64,000 bases of DNA from NCBI GenBank assembly GCA_011523845.1, contig WTFV01000011.1, positions 68,871-132,870 on the forward strand, given 5' to 3'. The notes under the pieces were generated by a model. It was not told the origin of the DNA. It saw only the letters and a program-made list of their open reading frames with translations, and ran no database searches. The DNA comes from Acidobacteriota bacterium. Its GTDB lineage: Bacteria > Acidobacteriota > Vicinamibacteria > Vicinamibacterales > UBA8438. The position numbers were made by a program, and so were the translations under genes. Positions 53,905-62,361 of the stretch are shown one piece after another. The stretch's first letter is position 1. Each line of letters starts with the position of its first letter.

Positions 53905-54007
53905 GGCAGCCTCCTTGTGGCTGGCGCAGGCTCACGGTCGTCTGCGCGATTCTCCGCACCGCAAGATGCTCGGCGCGACAACCGCGATTCTATTCGTCGG
54001 ACGTGCG

Positions 54008-54100
54008 CCATGAGTCTGTGCCGTAGAACGGTGCAGACTCATGGCGAGGCGTGGTTGGGCGGAGAGCAGAGCCGCAGGCGACGATTTCCGGGCTATAGTC
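54008..54100. repeat. REP-like element (hairpin A + module C)
   Basis: CCATGAGTCTGTGCCGTAGAACGGTGCAGACTCATGG, then GGTTGGGCGGAGAGCAGAGCCGCAGGCGACGATTTCCGGGCTAT. Confidence 0.7.
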
Positions 54101-54242
54101 CCCATCAACTTCGCGCCGCCAGGCGGGGGCAGCGGCCGGGTAGCGGCCCCCGCATGCCGCGCGGGGCGGGGGAGGGCGCAGCGGTTGTGAAACGCGCCCT
54201 CGCCACCGACAGTCTTCGGGACCGTAAAGGAGGGAAACCCCA

Positions 54243-54818
54243 ATGACGCACTGCTGTTCGACAGGACGCGGACGCACCATCGTGATCGCCGCCCTGGCCG
54301 CCCTGCTGCTGGCCGGCGCGCCGGCCGCCCAGGCGCAAGACCTGACCCCGGAGTCGGCCGCCGCGATGAAGGCCGCCTACCTCGCCGACATGGAGGTGAT
54401 GCGCGAGAAGTACCTCGGCCTCGCCGACGCGTTCCCGCAGGACCTCTACACGTGGCGCCCCATGGAAGGCGTGCGCTCGGTCTCGGAAGTGCTGATGCTG
54501 ATCGCCAGCGAGGGATACGGCTTCGCGCCGATGGCGCTCGGCGCCCCGACGGCGCTGAGCCGGGAAGAATCGCAGGGTCTGGCGGAGATCACCGACAAGG
54601 CCGCGGTCATCGACCACGTGACCAGGGGCTTCGCGTACGCGCAGGAGACGATCGAGGCCATCGACCCGGCAACGCTGACCGGCTCGCGCTCGCTGTTCGG
54701 GCGGGAGCGGACCTCGCCGGAGTTGATGCTGTTCGTGGCCGGCGACATGCACGAGCATCTCGGCCAGCTCATCGCCTACGCGCGCATGAACCGCATCGTC
54801 CCGCCGTGGAGCCGGTAG
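54243..54818 (+). CDS. DinB-family protein, exported
   Basis: Signal peptide, then SVSEVLMLIASEGY and FVAGDMHEHLGQLIAYARM, consistent with a DinB four-helix metal site. Confidence 0.75.
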   Translation: MTHCCSTGRGRTIVIAALAALLLAGAPAAQAQDLTPESAAAMKAAYLADMEVMREKYLGLADAFPQDLYTWRPMEGVRSVSEVLMLIASEGYGFAPMALGAPTALSREESQGLAEITDKAAVIDHVTRGFAYAQETIEAIDPATLTGSRSLFGRERTSPELMLFVAGDMHEHLGQLIAYARMNRIVPPWSR

Positions 54819-54896
54819 GCGCAACGCACGCCCCCGGGTCGTCAACGCAGTCGGACAACGGCTGGCGGGTGTCTCCTTCTCGGGGGCATCCGCCGG

Positions 54897-55142
54897 TTGT
54901 CTGATTGCTCTCTCGAATCCTGCGTTGTACTCGGGCGCGAGCTCCCGCAGATCAGCGTTCCCTGTCACCGTCAGGTCGATATCGAAGCTCAGCCGGTGCG
55001 CCCAGCGCAAGGCCAGTATCGTTCCGCCCCCGAAACGCCACTCGTGCGGCCCGTCCTGTAGTGCTTCCAACGCCTGCTCGATGGTGGGCCCGGCCATCCG
55101 CCAGAGGCTGGCCGCCGGTTCGACCAGCTTCAGGCGTTCCAT
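54897..55142 (-). pseudogene. AbiEii/nucleotidyltransferase toxin N-terminal fragment
   Basis: MERLKLVEPAASLWRMAG...WRFGGGTILALRWAHRLSFDIDLTV (GGTAL...HR.S.DIDl pattern). After about 82 aa the open frame (track ORF 54105..55397) runs antisense through dinB. Confidence 0.45.
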
Positions 55143-55546
55143 ATCTCCTGACCGTTGTAGCGCCCCACCTCCGCCCACTGGTTGATCTCCCGGATCCGGT
55201 CGGGGTAGTCGAAGCGCGCCAGGCGCATAGCGCGCACGAGTTGCCGGAACGTGTACGCGCGTTGCGCCCATGCCTCCAGGATCTCCCAGAGCGTGGCCTC
55301 GGTGGCCCACATCAGGACGATCGCCCTCTGGCGTCGGGTCGGATTGCCCGCGCGCACTGCTTCGTAGAACTCCTCTGTGGTCGGCCGCGTCTCCCAACCC
55401 GCGCAGCTACTGACGATGCGCCACCGGACAGCGTCGGCCCGAGGGCCCGTCAGCGCCGGATCCACGCCGTTGCACAAGCGCCGGAAGTCGCGGTCGGTTG
55501 CGAGCTGGTCACTGAAAGCTTCGGGTGGCCCCAGCTTGCAGAACAT
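55130..55546 (-). CDS. Hypothetical protein, possible partner of the truncated nucleotidyltransferase
   Basis: 138 aa from ATG 55546. Its stop overlaps the downstream ATG by 13 nt. No family recognised. Confidence 0.4.
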   Translation of the reverse strand: MFCKLGPPEAFSDQLATDRDFRRLCNGVDPALTGPRADAVRWRIVSSCAGWETRPTTEEFYEAVRAGNPTRRQRAIVLMWATEATLWEILEAWAQRAYTFRQLVRAMRLARFDYPDRIREINQWAEVGRYNGQEIWNA

Positions 55547-55611
55547 CGGCCGGTCTTCGAGCAGCCTGCGATGCTGCCTTACCGCGATGGCCGCTTCGAC
55601 CAGACTCGCGC

Positions 55612-55863
55612 TTACAGGGCATCTCTGGCGGCATCGTAGTCGTCGTAGCTCGCCATCTCCGGGCTGTTCCACTCGTCGGCGAAAGCCTTCAGTTGCATCC
55701 TGAGTCGTGCCGCCTGCTCCTCGTCGATACCCCGTGCGCGAAGGTCGACCTGCCCGCTATCGAGGAACGTGACGATGACCCGCGCGTCCTCGGCGACGTT
55801 CCCGGGAGTCTCGAACAACTCGATTTTCCCGTCACGATAAACGCCTTCGATCGTCTTGAGCAT
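55612..55863 (-). CDS. Antitoxin-like small protein (DUF104-type N-terminus)
   Basis: MLKTIEGVYRDGKIELFETPGNVAEDARVIVTFL. Confidence 0.45.
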   Translation of the reverse strand: MLKTIEGVYRDGKIELFETPGNVAEDARVIVTFLDSGQVDLRARGIDEEQAARLRMQLKAFADEWNSPEMASYDDYDAARDAL

Positions 55864-55966
55864 GGTCTTGCCAGCGTACCGCAACGGGGCGCCGGGAGTC
55901 GAAATGCACCGGCCACGCGACGGAGACCGTTGTGTCCGCATCCGATTCCGGCGCGTGTTCGGGCAC

Positions 55967-57427
55967 CTATTGCACACCCTCCGTGAACCTCGCCCGCAGG
56001 GCCTCCCGGTCCACCTCTTCGCCGCGCAGATAGACGCTGTCGATCCGCCGCGTATTGGTGATGTCGTCCAGCGGGTTCGCCTCCAGCACCACGAACGACG
56101 CGCTCTTGCCCTCGGCCACGGTGCCGAGATCGTCCAGGCTCAGGATCTCGGCGTTGATGCGCGTCGCCGACTCGATCGCCTCCATCGGCGTGAGCCCGCA
56201 GCCGGCCATGTCGCGGATCTCGGTGTGCGTGGTCCAGGCGACGCTGACGCCCGAGTCCGTGCCCATGCCGATGATCATCCCCGCCTCGCGGTTGCGGGCC
56301 AGGTTCCGGCACTGCAGCGCGAAGAACGCGCCGGGCCCCTCGGCCTCGAGGCGCTCGGCCTGCCGGCGCAGGTTGTCGATCTCGAACGGCGGCAGCGTCT
56401 CGCCGAGCCACGACAGGTCGTCGAGCCTCACCGGCGAGCCGGGCAGGTTCGGGATGGTCCACACGTCCGGATGCTCGCGGACGAGCGTCATGAACTCCTC
56501 GTCGATGTCGCGGTCGCGGACGGTGTGCGCGAAGCCGTCGACGCCCGCCCGGATCAGGTCCTTCGCATCGGCCAGCCCGCTGGTCGAGCCGAGATGCGAC
56601 GCCACCCGCATGCCCCGGGCGTGCGCCTCGTCGATGATCGCCCGGTAGACCTCCGGCTCCAGCTTCGGCACCGTGCCGCCCCGGTCGTCGACCCAGATCT
56701 TGATGATGTCGACCCCGTGACCGTCCAGCTCCGCGACCGCCGCGCGACCCTCCGCCTCGGTCCGCGCGCCGCGCGGGATGCCCAGCCGGTACTCCTGCTG
56801 CGGGCCGGCCGTCGGCGTGGCGGCGATCCCCCGGCCGGACGTCAGGAAGCGCGCCGCGTCGGGCAACACCTCGTTGCGCAGCTCGAAGGCGAGCGCCTCG
56901 TCGAACTCCAGCCCCAAGCTCATGGTGGCGGCGACGCCGTGGTAGGCGGAGCGCTCCAGGTGCTCGACCAGGTTGGACAGCGTGTAGTTGTCCTTGCTGT
57001 GCGTGCCGTCCTTAACGTTCGTCAACCCGATGTGCTGATGCGCGTCGATCAGCGCCGGGATGACCGTCTTGCCCGTCAGGTCCACCCGCGCGGCGCCGTC
57101 GGGGGCCTCCCTCTCGCCCTGGCGGCCGACCCAGGCGAACATGCCGTCCTCGACCAGGAACGCCGACGTCTCGATCGGTGCGCCGCCGTTGCCGTCGATG
57201 AGCCTGGCGCCCTCGAACCACGTGGCATCTTCCGCCGGCTCCCGCTCCTGCGCGGAGACGCACCCGACATCGATCAGCGAGGACGCGCAGACGTCGCAAT
57301 CCCGGCACGTCGTTGCGCAGCCCAGGCCGCTGACCGCGAGGACGCCGACGGCCAGCCAGCCCGGCAAGGTCATGCCCGACCGGGTCCTGGCGAGCGATTC
57401 GGAATCCGGCATCGGTGTTACCTCCAT
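55967..57427 (-). CDS. Amidohydrolase-family metallohydrolase, exported
   Basis: VIPALIDAHQHIG, IKIWVDD, ASHLGS, DGFAHT, GTDSG. The start may be an internal Met (MTLPGWLAVGVLAVSG). Confidence 0.85.
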   Translation of the reverse strand: MEVTPMPDSESLARTRSGMTLPGWLAVGVLAVSGLGCATTCRDCDVCASSLIDVGCVSAQEREPAEDATWFEGARLIDGNGGAPIETSAFLVEDGMFAWVGRQGEREAPDGAARVDLTGKTVIPALIDAHQHIGLTNVKDGTHSKDNYTLSNLVEHLERSAYHGVAATMSLGLEFDEALAFELRNEVLPDAARFLTSGRGIAATPTAGPQQEYRLGIPRGARTEAEGRAAVAELDGHGVDIIKIWVDDRGGTVPKLEPEVYRAIIDEAHARGMRVASHLGSTSGLADAKDLIRAGVDGFAHTVRDRDIDEEFMTLVREHPDVWTIPNLPGSPVRLDDLSWLGETLPPFEIDNLRRQAERLEAEGPGAFFALQCRNLARNREAGMIIGMGTDSGVSVAWTTHTEIRDMAGCGLTPMEAIESATRINAEILSLDDLGTVAEGKSASFVVLEANPLDDITNTRRIDSVYLRGEEVDREALRARFTEGVQ

Positions 57428-57734
57428 CCAGCGGATACCTGCAAGTTCAGCGTGCGGCCCCGATCGCCGGCCCGTGGGGTCTTGAACGTGGTCTCGCCAG
57501 CGTTACCGCAACGTAACGCCGGAAGTCGAAATGCATCGCGTCGGACGACCGAAACCGCCGCCGATATCGGCGAGCTTGCCGGCGAGGTGCGGATCATCCG
57601 GCGGATGCTCGCCTCGTTGCTGGGCGTGGTGCTTGCCGGATTCGGGCTGCTGGGCGCGGCCGTGATCCAGATCCCGGTGCGCCTACCCTAGAGTCTCCAG
57701 ATTCTCCAGCCGGACCTGCCCTCGTCTACCGCTC

Positions 57735-59921
57735 CTACAGCGCGTCGCGCGACATCAGGAAGGCATGCACCTGCCATATCTCGTCGCGCGACAGCAGCTC
57801 CTCGAACGCGGGCATGTTCGTGCCCGGCCGTCCCCGGTTCACCGCGTCCAGGAACCGGCCGAGCGGGAGATTGTTCCGGAACAGGCTCGGACCCGCGCCG
57901 CCGCCGGACCGGTGGCAGACGACGCACCGCGCGCGGTAGATGCGTTCGCCGGCGGCGATCGCCGCCTCGTCGTCCAGCAGGGGATTGGCCGCGTCGCTCG
58001 CGTCCGGTGCGGACGGTGGATCCCGCTCGGCAGGAGCGTCCGGCGGCGATGGGGCATCCGGCTCGCCAGGAGCACCGGACGCGATCGGCTCGCTCCCTTC
58101 GGTGGGCTCGAAGCCGTAGCCCGGCAGAACCCGGCCGCCCAGGGTGTGGCCCGGCTCGCCGACCCGCGGCAGGCCGCCCGGCAGCGGCGTCAGGTTCGAG
58201 CCCGCCTGCACCTCCCGGGGACCGCCGTCGAGCGCGAAGACCCAGAGGTTCCCCGCCTTCGGCTCCGTGTAGTAGAAGGTCATGTCCCCGCCGATGCCGC
58301 CGGACGGCACCGCGACGTACTGCGTCCCGTCGAGCTCGTAGGTGATGGGGCTGCCGATGATGCCCGAGCCGGTCTGGAACTGCCACAGCACGTCGCCGTT
58401 GCGGGCGTCGATGGCCATGAAGTAGCCGCGCATGTCGCCGGTGAAGACCAGCCCGCTGGAGGTGGCCACCGCACCGGCCCAGAAGGGCGCCGGGCTCACC
58501 ACCCGCCACAGGACCTCCTGCTCGACCACGTCGAAGCCGACGAAGTTGCCGGGGTTGTCGCTGATCAGGTACTGCTGGTAGTCCCCGCCGAGGTAGGCCT
58601 CGCCGTTGGTCGGCGGCTCGAACTGGTCCTCCGCCCAGAACCGGTAGCCCATGGCCCACTGGTTCGACATGAAGTAGAGCGCGCCCAGATCCGGGTTGAA
58701 GGCGAGCGGCTGCCAGTCGATGGCCCCCTCCAGGCTGGGGATGATCGGCCCCACCTCGGGGCCGCCGGACTGCGCGAGCATGTCGGGATTGACTTCAGGC
58801 CGACCCGTTACCGGATCGAGGCCGAAGGCCCAGTTGATGCCCGGCACGATCGGCTCGCCGTAGAGGAAGCGGCCGTCCGTGCGGTCGAGGGCGTAGAAGA
58901 AGCCGTTCTTGTCGTGGTGGAAAAGCGCCTTGACCGGCCCGTGATCGCGCAGGGTCACGTCGGCCAGCACCGGCGTGCTGACCGCGTCGTAGTCCCAGCA
59001 GTCCCACGGGGTGTACTGGAATCCCCAGCGGATGTCGCCCGTGTCGGCGTCGATGGCGACGGTGGCGGCCGACCACTGGTTGTCGCCCTTCCGCACGTGG
59101 CAGTTCCAGGGGGCGGCGTTGCCGGTGTTCCAGTAGACGAGGTTCAACTCGGGATCGAAGGCGCCCGTCGTCCACGTCGGGGCGCCGCCGTTCCTCCAGG
59201 TGTCGCCGGGCCAGGTCTCGTTGCCCGGCTCGCCCGGCCCGGGGATGGTGTAGGCGGTCCAGCGCGGCTCGCCGGTCAACGCGTCGTAGGCCTTCACGAA
59301 GCCGCGAATGCCGTACTCGCCGCCGGCCACCCCGGTCAGGACCATGCCGTTCACCACCAGCGGCGCGCCGGTGATGCTGTAGCCCTGCCGCCAGTCGACG
59401 ACCACGGTCTCCCACGCGACGGCGCCGGTGTCCTTGTGGAGCGCGATCAGCCGCGCGTCCATCGTCCCGACGTAGACCAGCTCGCCGAACAACGCCACGC
59501 CGCGGTTGTTCGACCCGCAGCAGTAGACCCGCTCGACCTCGTCCGACATCTCCGGCTCGAAGCCCCACTTCTTCGCGCCCGTCCGGGCGTCGATGGCGAA
59601 CACGCGCGACTCGTCCGCCGAGAGGTAGATGACGCCCTCGTGCACCAGCGGCGTCGCCTCCAGGCCGCGGTTCTCGCCGCCGGTGGCGAACACCCACGCC
59701 GGGTGCAGGCGGTCCACGTTGTCCGGCGTGATCTGGTCCAGCTCCACGAAGCGCTGGCCGTGGTAGTCGCGGCCGTACATCAGCCACGACGAGGTGTCCG
59801 ACGCGGCCTGCTCCAGGTCGGCCGTGGTGACCTCCTGCCCCTGCGCCGCCGGCCAGGAGAGGCCGGCAGTCACGAGGAGGATCGCTGCGAGCGCTGTCAG
59901 AAAACGCGAAGAGGGCATCAC
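57735..59921 (-). CDS. PQQ-dependent (quinohemoprotein-type) alcohol dehydrogenase with C-terminal cytochrome c domain
   Basis: Signal peptide. WLMYGRDYHGQRF, vicinal CC (VYCCGSNNRG), repeated W-motif propeller blades, and a C-terminal CVVCH heme-binding site. Confidence 0.85.
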   Translation of the reverse strand: MMPSSRFLTALAAILLVTAGLSWPAAQGQEVTTADLEQAASDTSSWLMYGRDYHGQRFVELDQITPDNVDRLHPAWVFATGGENRGLEATPLVHEGVIYLSADESRVFAIDARTGAKKWGFEPEMSDEVERVYCCGSNNRGVALFGELVYVGTMDARLIALHKDTGAVAWETVVVDWRQGYSITGAPLVVNGMVLTGVAGGEYGIRGFVKAYDALTGEPRWTAYTIPGPGEPGNETWPGDTWRNGGAPTWTTGAFDPELNLVYWNTGNAAPWNCHVRKGDNQWSAATVAIDADTGDIRWGFQYTPWDCWDYDAVSTPVLADVTLRDHGPVKALFHHDKNGFFYALDRTDGRFLYGEPIVPGINWAFGLDPVTGRPEVNPDMLAQSGGPEVGPIIPSLEGAIDWQPLAFNPDLGALYFMSNQWAMGYRFWAEDQFEPPTNGEAYLGGDYQQYLISDNPGNFVGFDVVEQEVLWRVVSPAPFWAGAVATSSGLVFTGDMRGYFMAIDARNGDVLWQFQTGSGIIGSPITYELDGTQYVAVPSGGIGGDMTFYYTEPKAGNLWVFALDGGPREVQAGSNLTPLPGGLPRVGEPGHTLGGRVLPGYGFEPTEGSEPIASGAPGEPDAPSPPDAPAERDPPSAPDASDAANPLLDDEAAIAAGERIYRARCVVCHRSGGGAGPSLFRNNLPLGRFLDAVNRGRPGTNMPAFEELLSRDEIWQVHAFLMSRDAL

Positions 59922-59939
59922 TGGTTTCTGCCTCGAGGA

Positions 59940-60152
59940 TCACAGCAGCTTGCGAAACTGCTGCTCGTTCAGGCCGGCGTCGCGAACGATACCGCCCATG
60001 GTGTATGCGTTGACGGGATTGTGCCTGGGAATCGTCAGGATTCTGCTGCCGTCCGTCATGACGACGTGCTTGCCCTGGCGAACTACGCGAAACCCTGCCT
60101 TCTCGAGTGCGCGAACCGCGTCCTGGTGGTTTACGCCAGGAATCTTCGGCAT
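59940..60152 (-). CDS. hicA: HicA toxin
   Basis: 70 aa. AVRALEKAGFRVVRQGKHVVMT...LTIPRHNPVNAYTMGGIVRDAGL. Confidence 0.85.
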   Translation of the reverse strand: MPKIPGVNHQDAVRALEKAGFRVVRQGKHVVMTDGSRILTIPRHNPVNAYTMGGIVRDAGLNEQQFRKLL

Positions 60153-60155
60153 TTC

Positions 60156-60353
60156 TCAGACGGCAACTTCTATCTCCCGGCTGGTCGTTCCCCGGAGCAT
60201 TTCATCACGGGCCGCGAGGTACTCCCGGATCGCTGCCCGGATGTTCTCGACGGCCTCCTGTTCCGTCGTTCCCTGGGACCAGCAGCCAGGAAGACCGGGA
60301 ACCGACACGCTGTAGCCCTCTTCGCTTTGCAGAATTGCGACCCGGTACTTCAT
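60156..60353 (-). CDS. hicB: HicB antitoxin (short form)
   Basis: Tail of track ORF 60156..62237. MKYRVAILQSEEGYSVSVPGLPGCWSQGTTEQEAVENIRAAIREYL. 3-nt gap to hicA. Confidence 0.8.
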   Translation of the reverse strand: MKYRVAILQSEEGYSVSVPGLPGCWSQGTTEQEAVENIRAAIREYLAARDEMLRGTTSREIEVAV

Positions 60354-60391
60354 TGCCCTCGAGTGCCTCCGAAGCGCTGCTGCCCGCCAGC

Positions 60392-62119
60392 CTACTCCGG
60401 CAACGCGAACACCCAGATCACCCCGCTGCCCTGCGGCAGCGTGATGCCGGTCAGCCGCGCGTAGGAGGTGGTCTGGCCGATGCGGCCGCCGGCGCCGACC
60501 GCGAGGTACTGGCGGCCGTCGACCTCGAAGGTGACCGGGGCGCCCGAGATGTCGCCGTTCAGGCGCGTCTCCCAGAGCATCTCGCCGTTCTCGGCGTCGA
60601 GCGCGAAGAGCCGCCGGTCCGCCGTGCCGCCGAAGACGAGGCCGCCCGCGGTGGAGAGCGCCGCGGCGGTCATCGGGGCGCCGCTCTCGGGGCGGTACTC
60701 CCACGCCCGCTCGCCGGTGACCGGGTTGAACGCCACGAACTCCCCGATGTAGTCGTAGCCGGGGACCATCTTCACGCGGCTGCCCATGCCCCGGAAGACG
60801 CGTCCCGGGACGTACTCCTCGGAGACGAACGTGACGTCCATGCAGGCGTTGTTGATGCCGACGTAGTAGAGGCCGGTCTCGGGGCTGTAGCTGGCCGAGT
60901 TCAGGTTGCGCGCGCCGTGCAGGTGGGGGCAGACCTCGAAGATCCTGTCCGAGTCGACGTCGTCCAGCGTGGGGATCTGGTCGGGGTTGTAGATGGGGCT
61001 GCCGGTGTCGGTCCAGCCGGTGATGATGTTGTCGTAGCCGGTCCGGAACGCGTCGATGAACCGCCCGGTCTCGCGGTCGAGCACCACGCCCCAGCCGATC
61101 TTGCTCGTCTCGATGAGCGCCTTGTGCTCGACGCCGCCGATCTCCAGGTCCACCAGCATGCTCTCGGCGGTGGCGTCGAGGTCCCAGTTGTCGGCCGGCA
61201 CGACCTGGAAGTACCACTCGATCTCGCCGGTGTCGATGTCCAGGGCCAGGATGCAGTTGGTGTAGAGTGCGTCGCCCGGACCCCGCAGGGTGGACGCCCA
61301 CGGCGTCGGCTGCCCGGTGCCCATGTAGATGAGGCCCAGTTCCGGATCGTAGCTGATGGTGCTCCAGGCCAGGCCGCCCAGCGGCGGGATCTCGCGCTCG
61401 GTCCAGGTGTCGTAGCCCGGCTCGCCGGGCATCGGCACCGTGTAGGTGGTCCAGATGTGCTCGCCGGTCTCGGCGTCGTGCGCCACGATGGTGCCGCGGC
61501 CGCTGCGGTCGCCGCCGGCGAACCCGAGCACGACCTTCCCGTCGGCAATGAGCGGCGGGTGGCTGTGGCCCAGGCCGGTGGTGTAGTCGCCGGTGCTCAC
61601 CTCCCAGCGTTGCTCGCCGGTCTGCGCGTCGAGGGCGACCAGCACGGCGTCGGCCGCGCCGAAGTAGACCGTGTCGCCGAGCACCGAGACGCCCCGGTGC
61701 CGGCCGAGCGCCTGCGACTTCTGGATGTCCTCGGGGTAGCTGCGCGTGTACACCCAGGCGACGTCGCCCGACAGCACGTCGAAGGCGGTGACGCGGCCGC
61801 TCCCCTCCGAGACGTACATCAGCCCGTTGGCGACGATCGGCGTCGGCACCCAGCGGCTGTTGTCGCGCATCGACCAGGACCAGACGAGGCGCAGGTCGGA
61901 GACGTTGTCGCGGTCGATCTGGTCGAGCGGGCTGAACCCGGTCACGTCGTAGGTCCGCCGGTAGCTCATCCAGTCGCCGTCCTGCGGGTCGAGCAGACGC
62001 TCCTCGGTGATCGGCTCCCACTCGGCGTCGCCGGACTGCCCGCGCGCGGCGCCGGCCGAGAGCATCAGGAAGGTGGTCAGGCACACCAGCACGAATCGTC
62101 CGCGTCCCATCTCTCGCAT
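60392..62119 (-). CDS. PQQ-dependent dehydrogenase family protein (no vicinal Cys, no heme domain)
   Basis: Start MREMGRGRFVLVCLTTFLMLSAGAARG at 62119 with GGAGA upstream. WMSYRRTYDVTGFSPL and eight-blade-like repeats (LVALDAQTGEQRWE, ILALDIDTGEIEWY, LFALDAENGEMLWE). Confidence 0.8.
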   Translation of the reverse strand: MREMGRGRFVLVCLTTFLMLSAGAARGQSGDAEWEPITEERLLDPQDGDWMSYRRTYDVTGFSPLDQIDRDNVSDLRLVWSWSMRDNSRWVPTPIVANGLMYVSEGSGRVTAFDVLSGDVAWVYTRSYPEDIQKSQALGRHRGVSVLGDTVYFGAADAVLVALDAQTGEQRWEVSTGDYTTGLGHSHPPLIADGKVVLGFAGGDRSGRGTIVAHDAETGEHIWTTYTVPMPGEPGYDTWTEREIPPLGGLAWSTISYDPELGLIYMGTGQPTPWASTLRGPGDALYTNCILALDIDTGEIEWYFQVVPADNWDLDATAESMLVDLEIGGVEHKALIETSKIGWGVVLDRETGRFIDAFRTGYDNIITGWTDTGSPIYNPDQIPTLDDVDSDRIFEVCPHLHGARNLNSASYSPETGLYYVGINNACMDVTFVSEEYVPGRVFRGMGSRVKMVPGYDYIGEFVAFNPVTGERAWEYRPESGAPMTAAALSTAGGLVFGGTADRRLFALDAENGEMLWETRLNGDISGAPVTFEVDGRQYLAVGAGGRIGQTTSYARLTGITLPQGSGVIWVFALPE

Positions 62120-62244
62120 CGTCTGTCTCCTTCCGTGCCCCGTGCCGCAGCGTCGGGGCGCCGGCGTCGCAATCCGTGAACCCTCGCGCATCATCGCCCA
62201 TGCGGGCGACCGGCGCAACAGCCGGATGCGGCTCCACACGCCCT

Positions 62245-62354
62245 CTGCCAGGAGCCTGCGGCGCAGAACGCAGCGAAGCGAAGTGCCGCGACGCAGGGTC
62301 ATGGAGCGGGGGGATGGGCCGAAACGCCGAGCCGGCGAGGCGTCTCGGGGCGCT
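62245..62354. repeat. REP-like element (module B, inverted relative to 6521-6629)
   Basis: CTGCCAGGAGCCTGCGGCGCAGAACGCAGCGAAGCGAAG...GACGCAGGGTCATGGAGCGGGGGGATGGGCCGAAACGCCGAGC...GGGGCGCT aligns over about 110 bp with the reverse complement of 6521-6629. Confidence 0.75.
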
Positions 62355-62361
62355 AGCGACG

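Noticed and set aside
54105-55397. 430-aa minus-strand ORF taken at face value
   Set aside because: Only residues encoded by about 54897-55142 look like a real (AbiEii-type) protein. The rest is antisense to dinB or off-frame to the upstream gene.
57540-57691. Small TM peptide (…IGELAGEVRIIRRMLASLLGVVLAGFGLLGAAVIQIPVRLP*) at the end of a shadow ORF
   Set aside because: It looks protein-like, but the only Met gives 28 aa. There is no SD and no family is recognised. The evidence is insufficient.
55856-62179. ORFs 55856..57691(+), 57765..60464(+), 60107..62179(+), 57688..58659(-), 58795..59943(-)
   Set aside because: Shadow ORFs of the amidohydrolase and the two PQQ dehydrogenases.
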